A stretch of DNA of 19,656 nucleotides from Candidatus Saganbacteria bacterium (GCA_026387835.1 JAPLKZ010000003.1:9573-29228); one strand, 5' to 3'; counted from the first letter of the stretch, positions 7,661 to 15,802 are shown. Notes: generated from the sequence alone by a model not told the origin. Made by a program: numbers and translations.

Positions 7661-8437
7661 ATGTCCTTCGGCTCAAAAACAAAAGATATAATCAGGAAAC
7701 GGTTCTCCAAATACGCGAAGACTTACGACAAGTACGCGAAGCTTCAGAAATCCCTCGCGGAAAAGCTTTTAAAATATCTCCCCGAAACGCCGGCAAAAGA
7801 TATCCTGGATATCGGTTGCGGTACAGGAGCTCTCACAAAATTACTGCGCGAAAAATTCAAGAGCTCTCATATCACGGCGCTGGACATATCGCCGGAGATG
7901 GTGAAAATAGCGAAGCAAAAGATGGACGACAGCGTGGAGTTCATGGTCGCCGATGGCGAAGAGATGCCGGATGACAAACAGTATGACCTGATCGCTTCAA
8001 ACGCGACGATGCAGTGGTTCTCCAACCTTGACAGGACGATGGCAAAATACAAGAAGATCCTTAAGAAAGAAGGCGCGATAGCATTCACGCTGTTCGGACC
8101 TCTGACTTACCATGAACTGTCGTGGGTGATGGAAGATGTGACGAATAAGAAGATGGTGGTAAATTCAAAGAAATTCCTCGGCAGGCCGGAGATCGAAGCT
8201 ATCCTGAAAAAGCATTTCAAGCATTGCGGTATCAGGGAAGAGATCGTGAAGGAGCATCACAAGACCTTAAGGGCGCTCCTGACGAAGATAAAATATTCCG
8301 GGACGCAGGGCACTTCGATGGCGGGCAACGGGCTTCTCGGAAAAGACGTCCTGAAAAAGGCCGAAGAGCTTTACAAGCGGAAATACAAGAACATACAGGC
8401 GACAAACCAGCTATTCTTCTGCTGGGCATCTCAATGA
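7661..8437 (+). CDS. bioC: Malonyl-[ACP] O-methyltransferase
   Basis: N-terminal FSKYAKTYDKYAKLQ block, SAM motif ILDIGCGTG and bio-operon context. Confidence 0.85.
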   Translation: MSFGSKTKDIIRKRFSKYAKTYDKYAKLQKSLAEKLLKYLPETPAKDILDIGCGTGALTKLLREKFKSSHITALDISPEMVKIAKQKMDDSVEFMVADGEEMPDDKQYDLIASNATMQWFSNLDRTMAKYKKILKKEGAIAFTLFGPLTYHELSWVMEDVTNKKMVVNSKKFLGRPEIEAILKKHFKHCGIREEIVKEHHKTLRALLTKIKYSGTQGTSMAGNGLLGKDVLKKAEELYKRKYKNIQATNQLFFCWASQ

Positions 8438-9090
8438 AGCATGTCTTTGTCTGCGGCACCGATACGGGCGTGGGCAAGACGGTGGTTACCGGCCTCCTCG
8501 CAAGATCTCTATTAGAACAGGGATATTCTGTCATCACCCAGAAATGGGTCCAGACCGGGTCAAAGAAGCCTCTCGACATTGAAGAACATCTCAGGATAAT
8601 GGGTATCAAGAAGAAAGACGTTAAGAAGGTCATCGGTCTGATGTGCCCGTATATTTTTAAGTTCCCCGCATCGCCGCATCTTGCGGCAAGGGCAGAAGGG
8701 AAGAAGGCAGACGATAGACAGATAAAACAGAGTTTTAAGAAGCTGGCAAAGATGTTCGATCGTGTGATAGTGGAAGGCATCGGCGGCGCTCTAGTGCCGT
8801 TGAACGAAAAAGCACTTATGATCGATCTTGTAAAGAAACTGGAAATGCCGGTTGTCCTGGTCGTTCCCAACAGGCTCGGTTCGATAAACCAGGCATTGCT
8901 TACGATCGAAGCTTTAAAACAGAGGAAGATAAAAATACTAGCGGTCGTATTTAACGATCATTTCGGAAAGGGCCAGAATAAGAAAGTCCTTAACGAGAAT
9001 GTCCGGATGGTTCAGAAAATATCCGGGGTGAAATGTGTAAGACTAAAAACCAACAAAAGGCCAATGCGCGATATAGCTGCGATAATATAA
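8434..9090 (+). CDS. bioD: Dethiobiotin synthetase
   Basis: MKHVFVCGTDTGVGKTVVTG P-loop. The ATG at 8434 overlaps the bioC stop (ATGA). The ORF-track start at 8224 lies inside bioC in another frame. Confidence 0.93.
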   Translation: MKHVFVCGTDTGVGKTVVTGLLARSLLEQGYSVITQKWVQTGSKKPLDIEEHLRIMGIKKKDVKKVIGLMCPYIFKFPASPHLAARAEGKKADDRQIKQSFKKLAKMFDRVIVEGIGGALVPLNEKALMIDLVKKLEMPVVLVVPNRLGSINQALLTIEALKQRKIKILAVVFNDHFGKGQNKKVLNENVRMVQKISGVKCVRLKTNKRPMRDIAAII

Positions 9091-9251
9091 GGTTAAAGTC
9101 CCTGATTCACCGGCTCGCTTTCTGATCCCGGCTCCATATCCACCTATATATCTCAACTTAGATGAAATTTCTTGTTTTTTTACTCGACAATATATTATAG
9201 AGAACTATTGGACTTGAACCCGGGATCGCATGAAAAATGAGGTTATGTATC

Positions 9252-10430
9252 ATGAGCATTAAAAGAACCGGTATTTTGGTAAGTCATTCCGGTTATGCGG
9301 TACATAACCGCCTTGCGGATGCCGAAAAACGCGGCAAGCTTCCTTCTGTCACCGGTTTTCACAGGATCGACGGGCCCGGGTCAGGGCTCAACATGCCTCT
9401 GGTGCAAAGGACATACTTTTCTTTTAGAGAAGTCCCTGGCCGCCTTGACAGGGACCCTTCCTGGAAATGGTCAAAAGGGTTGCCGCGCACGGTCGATTTT
9501 ACGATCAACACAGGAACAAAAATAACAGCTTACCCTTTTAAACCCGGGAAATTAGCGATCGAAAGCATGGATTATCCAGACCTGCGGCATGTTGAAGGTA
9601 AAACCGGGCAAATACCGCCGGTAAAAAGGAACTGGCTGCTTAAGATCATGGAGACATTCGGACTAAATGGCGTGATGATGACCATAGAAAATACCGATGA
9701 AAGGACGATGTCTGGAGGACTTGGCGGTTCGGCGACAGTAAGCACTTCAGTAGCAATATTAGCAGCTCATTTAGCGGGGATAGCGCTGTCAAAAGCACAA
9801 ACAGTTTCATTGGCTTCTGTCTATGAAAATGATCTGGGGGTGAGCCTGACAGGCACACAGGAACAATGGAACGTGGTCCGGGGAGGCATAGCTGATCATG
9901 TGTGGTTTCCTTTTGGAAGGCCGGGTCTGGGTACGGGATACGGGGATGCGGTTGTCAGGACACTTTTACAGCCCGCGCAATACGGTGACGTGCGGCCTCA
10001 TATGGCCTTGATCCATTCCGGCAGGATGCATGCTAGCAAGGCTGTTAACCGTGAGTGGCTGAGGAAGATAAAAACTGCGGCCGGATACAGAGATTACGCG
10101 GGATTACTTCCTTTGGCTTATGATTTTGCGGAAGCCGTGCGTACCCGGGACTGGGGAAAAGCTTCAGAACTTATAGAAAAATACAGAGCGATCCGTACGA
10201 CACTGTGCAGAGAATATATGTCAGGCTCAGAGTGGCTTTATGAGATCGCTTCAAGGAACAAGACTGTAATATTCCCGCTTGGCGCGGGTGGCGGGGGCGT
10301 ATGTCTGAATTTTGGCGAGACACCGGGCGCAGTTGAAAGTACGGTAGCTGAAGTCAGGGCTATTGATCCCGGACGTATCATAGACTTTGATCTCAGAGAA
10401 AAAGGTCACATATTGGAGAACGTATCATGA
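9252..10430 (+). CDS. GHMP-family sugar kinase (HddA/fucokinase-like anomeric kinase) with an N-terminal extension
   Basis: Motif II MSGGLGGSATVS, GTQEQ (a variant of the GGxQDQ motif of the HddA/Fkp class) and motif III PLGAGGGG. The ATG at 9252 has a GAGG 9 nt upstream. The ORF-track ATG at 9237 is an alternative start. Confidence 0.8.
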   Translation: MSIKRTGILVSHSGYAVHNRLADAEKRGKLPSVTGFHRIDGPGSGLNMPLVQRTYFSFREVPGRLDRDPSWKWSKGLPRTVDFTINTGTKITAYPFKPGKLAIESMDYPDLRHVEGKTGQIPPVKRNWLLKIMETFGLNGVMMTIENTDERTMSGGLGGSATVSTSVAILAAHLAGIALSKAQTVSLASVYENDLGVSLTGTQEQWNVVRGGIADHVWFPFGRPGLGTGYGDAVVRTLLQPAQYGDVRPHMALIHSGRMHASKAVNREWLRKIKTAAGYRDYAGLLPLAYDFAEAVRTRDWGKASELIEKYRAIRTTLCREYMSGSEWLYEIASRNKTVIFPLGAGGGGVCLNFGETPGAVESTVAEVRAIDPGRIIDFDLREKGHILENVS

Positions 10431-11599
10431 TAGGTTTTATTTTGGCTGAAGGCATGGGATCAAGGCTCTATCCGCTGACTTTAAGGAAAGCGAATCAGAT
10501 CAGCATCGAAAGAGGTATTCCGCCACGCTGTTTTAATATAAATGTCAGGCCAAAGCCCCTGGCCCCGATAACGAACCGTCCGATGATATATTCGTCACTT
10601 TTGATGATGAGATCGTTGGGAGTCGACAAAACATTCGTAACAACGGGGGTATGGAACGATATCTATATGAAACATTTCGAGCAGCTTGGTGTTGATGCAT
10701 ATCTTGTCAAGAACAGGCGGCTGGGATATTTCGAGAAGATAGTCAAGATCGTCATGGAAGAGGTCCGGAAAGGTTATAAAGGGACCGTGGTCGTTCTAAG
10801 CGGCGATATTGTCTCGAATATCGATCCCCGTCCCGCGTTAGCTGTACATGAAAGACAAAAAGCCACGGCAACCATTGTATCAACACCCATAACAGATGAT
10901 GTAAGGACCTGTTCTCCTATAGTTATAGAAGATCCGCTTCAAAAGAGCGGCCTGATCGCTGATTACCGCCATAAGCTGTCCCGGCAAGATGCGTTGAAAC
11001 TGAGCCGCTACAGGAATTCATCCGTTTATCTATTTGACACTTCCTTTTTTGAGATGGTAGCCGGAATGGCCGATGAAGACGATTTAGATTTCAGCGAAGA
11101 TATCTTTCCATGGCTGGTAAAAAACAGGAGTGCCAAATTTATGGGATATGCTTCGGACGCTCTGTGGGCAGATGTCGGCGAGCTTGACTATTATTTAAAT
11201 ATTCAACGGGCGGCACTGGATCAGAGACTGCATTTTCCGTATACAGAGGAGTTTTATCCTCAGAGCAGAATATATGCTGCTGGCAGATATAGAGTCTTAG
11301 GCCCGAGCATTATCTCCGAGGGTTGTGATATCGGAAGAGGCAGCGTTATCGGGCCGTATGCTGTGATAGGAGAAGGATGGGGGATCGGTTCCAATTCAAA
11401 AATCATCCGGTCCGTATTTTGGCCTGTTGATATCGGCCCGTCAGGATACCCGGGATGTTTTACGGTTGAGTCTGGAGTGACGGTCGCAGACTGCGCTGTC
11501 GGCAGCGGCCGCATCGACAGAGATGCGCGTGAAGAGGTCATCGTGAGTAACGGATCAGAAACTTTTCGCAGACAGCTGAATATTTCGGGTGGTCATTGA
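10427..11599 (+). CDS. Sugar-1-phosphate nucleotidylyltransferase (GMPPB/mannose-1-P guanylyltransferase-like) with a C-terminal left-handed beta-helix
   Basis: AEGMGSRLYPLT...RPKPLAPITNRP signature, interrupted by an insert. Also LSGDIVSNID and WADVGELDYY, and hexapeptide repeats GCDIGRGSVIGPYAVIGEGWGIGSNSKI. The start overlaps the kinase stop (ATGA at 10427-10430). Confidence 0.85.
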   Translation: MIGFILAEGMGSRLYPLTLRKANQISIERGIPPRCFNINVRPKPLAPITNRPMIYSSLLMMRSLGVDKTFVTTGVWNDIYMKHFEQLGVDAYLVKNRRLGYFEKIVKIVMEEVRKGYKGTVVVLSGDIVSNIDPRPALAVHERQKATATIVSTPITDDVRTCSPIVIEDPLQKSGLIADYRHKLSRQDALKLSRYRNSSVYLFDTSFFEMVAGMADEDDLDFSEDIFPWLVKNRSAKFMGYASDALWADVGELDYYLNIQRAALDQRLHFPYTEEFYPQSRIYAAGRYRVLGPSIISEGCDIGRGSVIGPYAVIGEGWGIGSNSKIIRSVFWPVDIGPSGYPGCFTVESGVTVADCAVGSGRIDRDAREEVIVSNGSETFRRQLNISGGH

Positions 11600-11619
11600 T
11601 CTAAAGAAAGGTAATTTAT

Positions 11620-12312
11620 ATGTCAGTTTCTTTGAACAGGGCCAGGACAGTCGCGATATTCGATATGAACGGGACAATGATAAATGACGGCCGGTTTCAT
11701 AGAAATGCATGGATGTCATATTGTCAGAAAAAAGGTCATGCTACTATCACGCCTGACATATACAGCCGTCATATTGCCGGCCGCAATAACCGTGACATTT
11801 TGACATTTTTTCTTGGCCGCCAACCGGATCCTGATGAATTGCATCTATTAGGCAGGGAAAAGGAAGCCATCTACAGGGATTCTTATAGACCATTCCTTGC
11901 GGAGGTTCCGGGATTGACGGTGTTCCTTGACCAGCTAAAAAAGGCAGGGATACCCAGAGTCCTAGCGACTTCTGCCGGCAAAGAGAATATTGACTTTGTG
12001 CTGGACGGATTGAATTTGCGCCGTTTCTTTTCACAAATAATCGGAGGAGACGGCATCAAAAACGGAAAGCCGGCGCCGGACATATTTCTTAAGGCAGCCG
12101 AGGTCGCAGGCAAAGCTCCTCAGGATTGCGTGGTATTTGAGGATGCCTTCTCGGGGTTCAAAGCTGCGTTATCCGCGGGGTCAAAATGTGTGGGGCTTAT
12201 TACAAATCTCACAGAAGAGCAGATAATCGCAGCCGGGGTAGATCTGGCAATAAAGGATTTTACTCAGATATCAGTGAGCATATTGGACAGCCTATTTGTG
12301 AAAAAAGGATGA
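11620..12312 (+). CDS. HAD-superfamily hydrolase or phosphomutase, beta-phosphoglucomutase-like subfamily
   Basis: Motif I VAIFDMNGT, motif II LATSAG, motif III KNGKPAPDIF and motif IV VVFEDAFSGFKAALSAG. Its size implies a cap domain (230 aa). Confidence 0.85.
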   Translation: MSVSLNRARTVAIFDMNGTMINDGRFHRNAWMSYCQKKGHATITPDIYSRHIAGRNNRDILTFFLGRQPDPDELHLLGREKEAIYRDSYRPFLAEVPGLTVFLDQLKKAGIPRVLATSAGKENIDFVLDGLNLRRFFSQIIGGDGIKNGKPAPDIFLKAAEVAGKAPQDCVVFEDAFSGFKAALSAGSKCVGLITNLTEEQIIAAGVDLAIKDFTQISVSILDSLFVKKG

Positions 12313-12319
12313 ACAGGAA

Positions 12320-13477
12320 ATGCACAGAGCGAATATAATACCTGAGGCGAACAGATACGCGCAGTTATTGACGACACATATAACACGTCAGCGGGGTGCC
12401 GCGTTCAGGCCTTTTGACGGGGTAATGACCCTGCCGAGGCAGCTGGAGATCCATCTTTCAAACGATCTGGGAAAGCGCTGCAATATAAATTGCATTCATT
12501 GCCAGGGGCAGCACCTCCAGCAGGTAATAACGCCTTTCTATGATAAGGTCTCTTCTCTGGTCGCAAAATTAAAAGGACGGATCCCTCTTTTTGTTCTGTC
12601 AGGAGCTTATTCTGAACCGGCATTGAACGAAAAGCTGATCGATCTGCTGGAACTCATTAAATCGACGGGTTCAAGTTTCGGCCTGCATACGAACGGCACG
12701 CTTCTCAGGGGTTTGGAAAGAAAGAACGGTTTTTTGACAAGACTGCATGCGGCCGCGGGTTCAGAAGATGATTACATGACCGTGGCGATCGATGCATGCA
12801 GTCCGGAATCCTTTGAAAAGACAAAAAGAAGATCAGGCAGACTTTATGACGAGGTGATCACCGGCCTTAGAGAATTGTATAGGATCAGGACGCAAACGCC
12901 AAAAGAGACATTGAAGACCAGGATAACATATCTGTTGAACGACTATAACAGTGATCCGACCGAGCTTCAAAAATTTGTCGAGCTGATGAGATCGGTAGAA
13001 GTGGATTCAGTCAGGTTCGCGGTGCCTTACGCGCCTTACGGTACACCTCTTGCACAGTGTCTTGAACATAAGGAGGAGGTGGAACTGCCTTTTTATGAGA
13101 AATACTGGCACGCCATCGCGCCTCTACTGTCAAAAGTGCCAGGTCAAAGGACTCATGTCTTTGTAATGACACCTGAAAAACAGGACGTGGAAAAAATAGA
13201 TTTTTATCACTGTTACTACGGATATTACATGATAAATCTCGGAGCTGACGGGTTTTTCTACAGGTGTTCGGCTGTTGCGCATCCGGGGTTTAAAAGCCAC
13301 AGGCTAGGTCCGGTCACGGATGACCTTAATGAGTTTTACGCGATGATACTTAAGAACCAGCAGGAAGGCTTTGACCCTATGAAATGTTGCCTTCCTTTCG
13401 GGGCAAGATGCAACAGGGCATCGATCGAGATCAACAGGCAGTTTGACGACGAGTATTATCCTGATAAAGAGGTCTGA
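12320..13477 (+). CDS. Radical SAM enzyme with a C-terminal Cys-rich (twitch/SPASM-like) region
   Basis: C54-N-I-N-C58-I-H-C61 (CX3CX2C, nt 12479-12502), SGAYSEPAL (the GGE-motif position) and LHTNGT. The C-terminal region has C298-X12-G311-X4-C316, then C356-C357-X6-C364. Confidence 0.85.
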   Translation: MHRANIIPEANRYAQLLTTHITRQRGAAFRPFDGVMTLPRQLEIHLSNDLGKRCNINCIHCQGQHLQQVITPFYDKVSSLVAKLKGRIPLFVLSGAYSEPALNEKLIDLLELIKSTGSSFGLHTNGTLLRGLERKNGFLTRLHAAAGSEDDYMTVAIDACSPESFEKTKRRSGRLYDEVITGLRELYRIRTQTPKETLKTRITYLLNDYNSDPTELQKFVELMRSVEVDSVRFAVPYAPYGTPLAQCLEHKEEVELPFYEKYWHAIAPLLSKVPGQRTHVFVMTPEKQDVEKIDFYHCYYGYYMINLGADGFFYRCSAVAHPGFKSHRLGPVTDDLNEFYAMILKNQQEGFDPMKCCLPFGARCNRASIEINRQFDDEYYPDKEV

Positions 13478-13479
13478 TA

Positions 13480-14418
13480 ATGATACAAGGAAAGATCCAG
13501 CTCGGACAGATAGGTTATGGATACTGGGGGCAGCGGCTCTACAGCTATTTTTCTGCGCATCCGGGATTCGAGGTCACAAAAATCGCAGTCAGAGAGCCGC
13601 TCAAGGCCAGAAGCGGCCTGAACTGCAGAATGACTTCAGCCCAAGATATTTACGATGACAAGAACATTAAGGCAGTAATTGTTGCGACCCCGGTTGAGAC
13701 CCATTACGGGATCGCAAAGGATGTCCTGGCAAGCGGCAAGCACCTGTTTTGCGAAAAAGTGTTCACAGGTACAGCAAAAGAGGCCGAAGAATTACAGAGA
13801 ATGGCAGAACAGAGACAGCTTAAGATAATGGTCGATTATACGTTCACGTTTTCACATGGCGTGAGAAGAATGGTCGAAATAGCGAAGTCCGGGCAGATCG
13901 GAAAGCTGTCTTCGGCAACGTTCGAGATGGGCCAATTTGGTCACTTCAGGCCTGAAGGAGTGTATCCCCTCCTTGGCAGCCACATGCTAAGTATACTCAA
14001 CATGCTATATCCCCTTCATGAATTTGAATTTGTCAGGAATGATCTGCTGGTAAGGGCAGGGATCACGGAATCAGGCTGGTTATCATTTGCACATTATCGT
14101 CTGCCTTTTGGCGGACTTTTTAATTTGAGTTTGAATAATCCGGAAAAGACCAGGAATATAGCGCTTTACGGCACGCTTGGGACAGTTGCTTATAACATGT
14201 ACTCAAGTCCTGCCGTTAAACTTGCCTGTTTTGACAGGGAATGTGTTCATCAGGTAAAACAGGATACCGGACAGGAATTATGCAAAGGAGGCGAGAATGA
14301 CAATCTTGCCCTCAGTGTCGATGCTTTTTACGAGATGATCGCATCTTCCGGCCCATCAAATATCGATTGTGCAGTAGAGGTTGCCAGGGCGCTCGAACGG
14401 ATCTCCTTAGGAAAATAA
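13480..14418 (+). CDS. GFO/IDH/MocA-family NAD(P)-dependent oxidoreductase
   Basis: N-terminal Rossmann LGQIGYGYWG, a CEK(V) block after ATPVETHY, and a 312-aa two-domain size. AGAGG SD; the start is 2 nt after the radical SAM stop. Confidence 0.8.
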   Translation: MIQGKIQLGQIGYGYWGQRLYSYFSAHPGFEVTKIAVREPLKARSGLNCRMTSAQDIYDDKNIKAVIVATPVETHYGIAKDVLASGKHLFCEKVFTGTAKEAEELQRMAEQRQLKIMVDYTFTFSHGVRRMVEIAKSGQIGKLSSATFEMGQFGHFRPEGVYPLLGSHMLSILNMLYPLHEFEFVRNDLLVRAGITESGWLSFAHYRLPFGGLFNLSLNNPEKTRNIALYGTLGTVAYNMYSSPAVKLACFDRECVHQVKQDTGQELCKGGENDNLALSVDAFYEMIASSGPSNIDCAVEVARALERISLGK

Positions 14419-14509
14419 ATTCACTGAAATTTCCAGAAAATCCGTTCGATAGCTTTGTAGACGGGAAACCTAAGGCAATAATAGCCCAAAGATCTAAAAG
14501 GAGAAAGAA

Positions 14510-15802
14510 ATGTCTTTAATAAATAATGGATCGATCGCGAAGAGGCTTAGCGAAATCGGAACGAAAGAATACGTTTTACGCAATAGACCTGATGCGTTAT
14601 CCGTTTCAAAGCGGGTAATGATCACAGGAGGAGCCGGCAATGTCGGCAGTAATCTTGGCATGGCTCTTAGGAAAAGAGATTTTAATGTTGCTGCTTTTGA
14701 TAACCTGAGAAAAGGTCACCGCGCGGCTGCGGCCATAGCGGGAGCCAGGTTGTTCGTGGGCGATCTTCTGGACCATGATGCCTTGACCGGCGCGCTTAGT
14801 GAATTCAAACCGGACGTTGTAATACATTGCGCAGCGTTGATAGAAGTGGGTGAGTCCGGAAAACTGCCCCAGGAGTACATCAACAACAATGTGGTCGGGA
14901 CCCTTAACCTTTTTCATGCCATGCAGCAGCTTGGAATGAACAGACTCCTGTTCTCCAATACCGCGGCGGTATATGACGGTACGCTGGGACGCCCGTTGAA
15001 AGAGACCGATCCGTGGGATGCAAGGAATGTCTACGGCGCCACAAAGGGGGCAGATGCTTTGATCTGCAAGCAGGGAAAGTTATTCCCCAGTTTGAAGTCT
15101 GTACATCTGCATTATTTTAATGTTTGTGGGGCTCCGGAAACAGGAGTGCTTGGGGAAGACCACGGTATCGCGACCGAATCCCATATCGTCCCGATAATAT
15201 TGCAGATAGCACTTTATAATCTGCTGAAAAAATACGGTTTGGACCTCCCTTTCTACGATCCGGGAGCGCTCGCAACTATATATGGTAAAGCCGGCAGGGA
15301 CCGTTTAAAAGTATTTGGTAATAATTATAATACGCCTGACGGCACCTGCATCAGGGATTATATTGGGATGGGCATAAAGGTATTCTTTCATCTTCAGGCC
15401 ATACAAAGGCTGTTATCCGGAAATATGGAATCGCATTATGAGGCATTCAACCTCGGGACAAAAAAAGGACACTCGGTACTGGACATATTGAACAGATGCG
15501 AGAATGTTGTCAGGCAACAGGTCGGTCTTCCTGCTATAGAAACACACGGATTGCCACTTGATTCGGACAAAAGGCTTATACCTGCCGAAATAGCCGAAAG
15601 AAGACAGGGAGATGCGGATTTTCTCGTTGCCGACCCTGAAAAAGCCAATTCTATCCTGGATCCCAGAAACAGCAGGCCGGTGCAAAATATCGACAAAGAG
15701 ATTGAATTTGCTTTATGGTCCATGCTTTACAGGCCTCTGGGGTACGAGCATCGTCCTGCGGTAACAATGGATCATCAGGTGCTTAGATTTTACGAGACAT
15801 AG
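14510..15802 (+). CDS. Extended SDR, UDP-glucose 4-epimerase (GalE)-like, with insertions and terminal extensions
   Basis: VMITGGAGNVGS, FSNTAAVY (Thr151 at the catalytic Ser/Thr position), Y175-G-A-T-K179, HYFNVCGA, FGNNYNTPDGTCIRDYI and RRQGDAD. It is 430 aa versus ~340 aa for canonical GalE. AAAGGAG SD. Confidence 0.85.
   Translation: MSLINNGSIAKRLSEIGTKEYVLRNRPDALSVSKRVMITGGAGNVGSNLGMALRKRDFNVAAFDNLRKGHRAAAAIAGARLFVGDLLDHDALTGALSEFKPDVVIHCAALIEVGESGKLPQEYINNNVVGTLNLFHAMQQLGMNRLLFSNTAAVYDGTLGRPLKETDPWDARNVYGATKGADALICKQGKLFPSLKSVHLHYFNVCGAPETGVLGEDHGIATESHIVPIILQIALYNLLKKYGLDLPFYDPGALATIYGKAGRDRLKVFGNNYNTPDGTCIRDYIGMGIKVFFHLQAIQRLLSGNMESHYEAFNLGTKKGHSVLDILNRCENVVRQQVGLPAIETHGLPLDSDKRLIPAEIAERRQGDADFLVADPEKANSILDPRNSRPVQNIDKEIEFALWSMLYRPLGYEHRPAVTMDHQVLRFYET

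Noticed and set aside
8224-8433. 70-codon 5' extension of the bioD ORF in the ORF track
   Set aside because: It lies entirely inside bioC in another frame. The BioD P-loop N-terminus (MKHVFVCGTDTGVGKT) begins at the ATG at 8434, which overlaps the bioC stop.
9172-9200. Promoter for the cassette (TTGTTT-17 nt-TTATAG)
   Set aside because: Both hexamers are poor matches and several alternative registers exist in this AT-rich spacer. It is not supportable as a feature without TSS data.
12320-13477. Viperin-like (antiviral ddhNTP synthase) or B12-dependent methyltransferase identity for the radical SAM protein
   Set aside because: The sequence around the CX3CX2C (GKRCNINCIHCQG) and the C-terminus do not resemble the viperin blocks I know. 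There is also no room for an N-terminal cobalamin-binding domain. The sugar-enzyme context favours a tailoring role.
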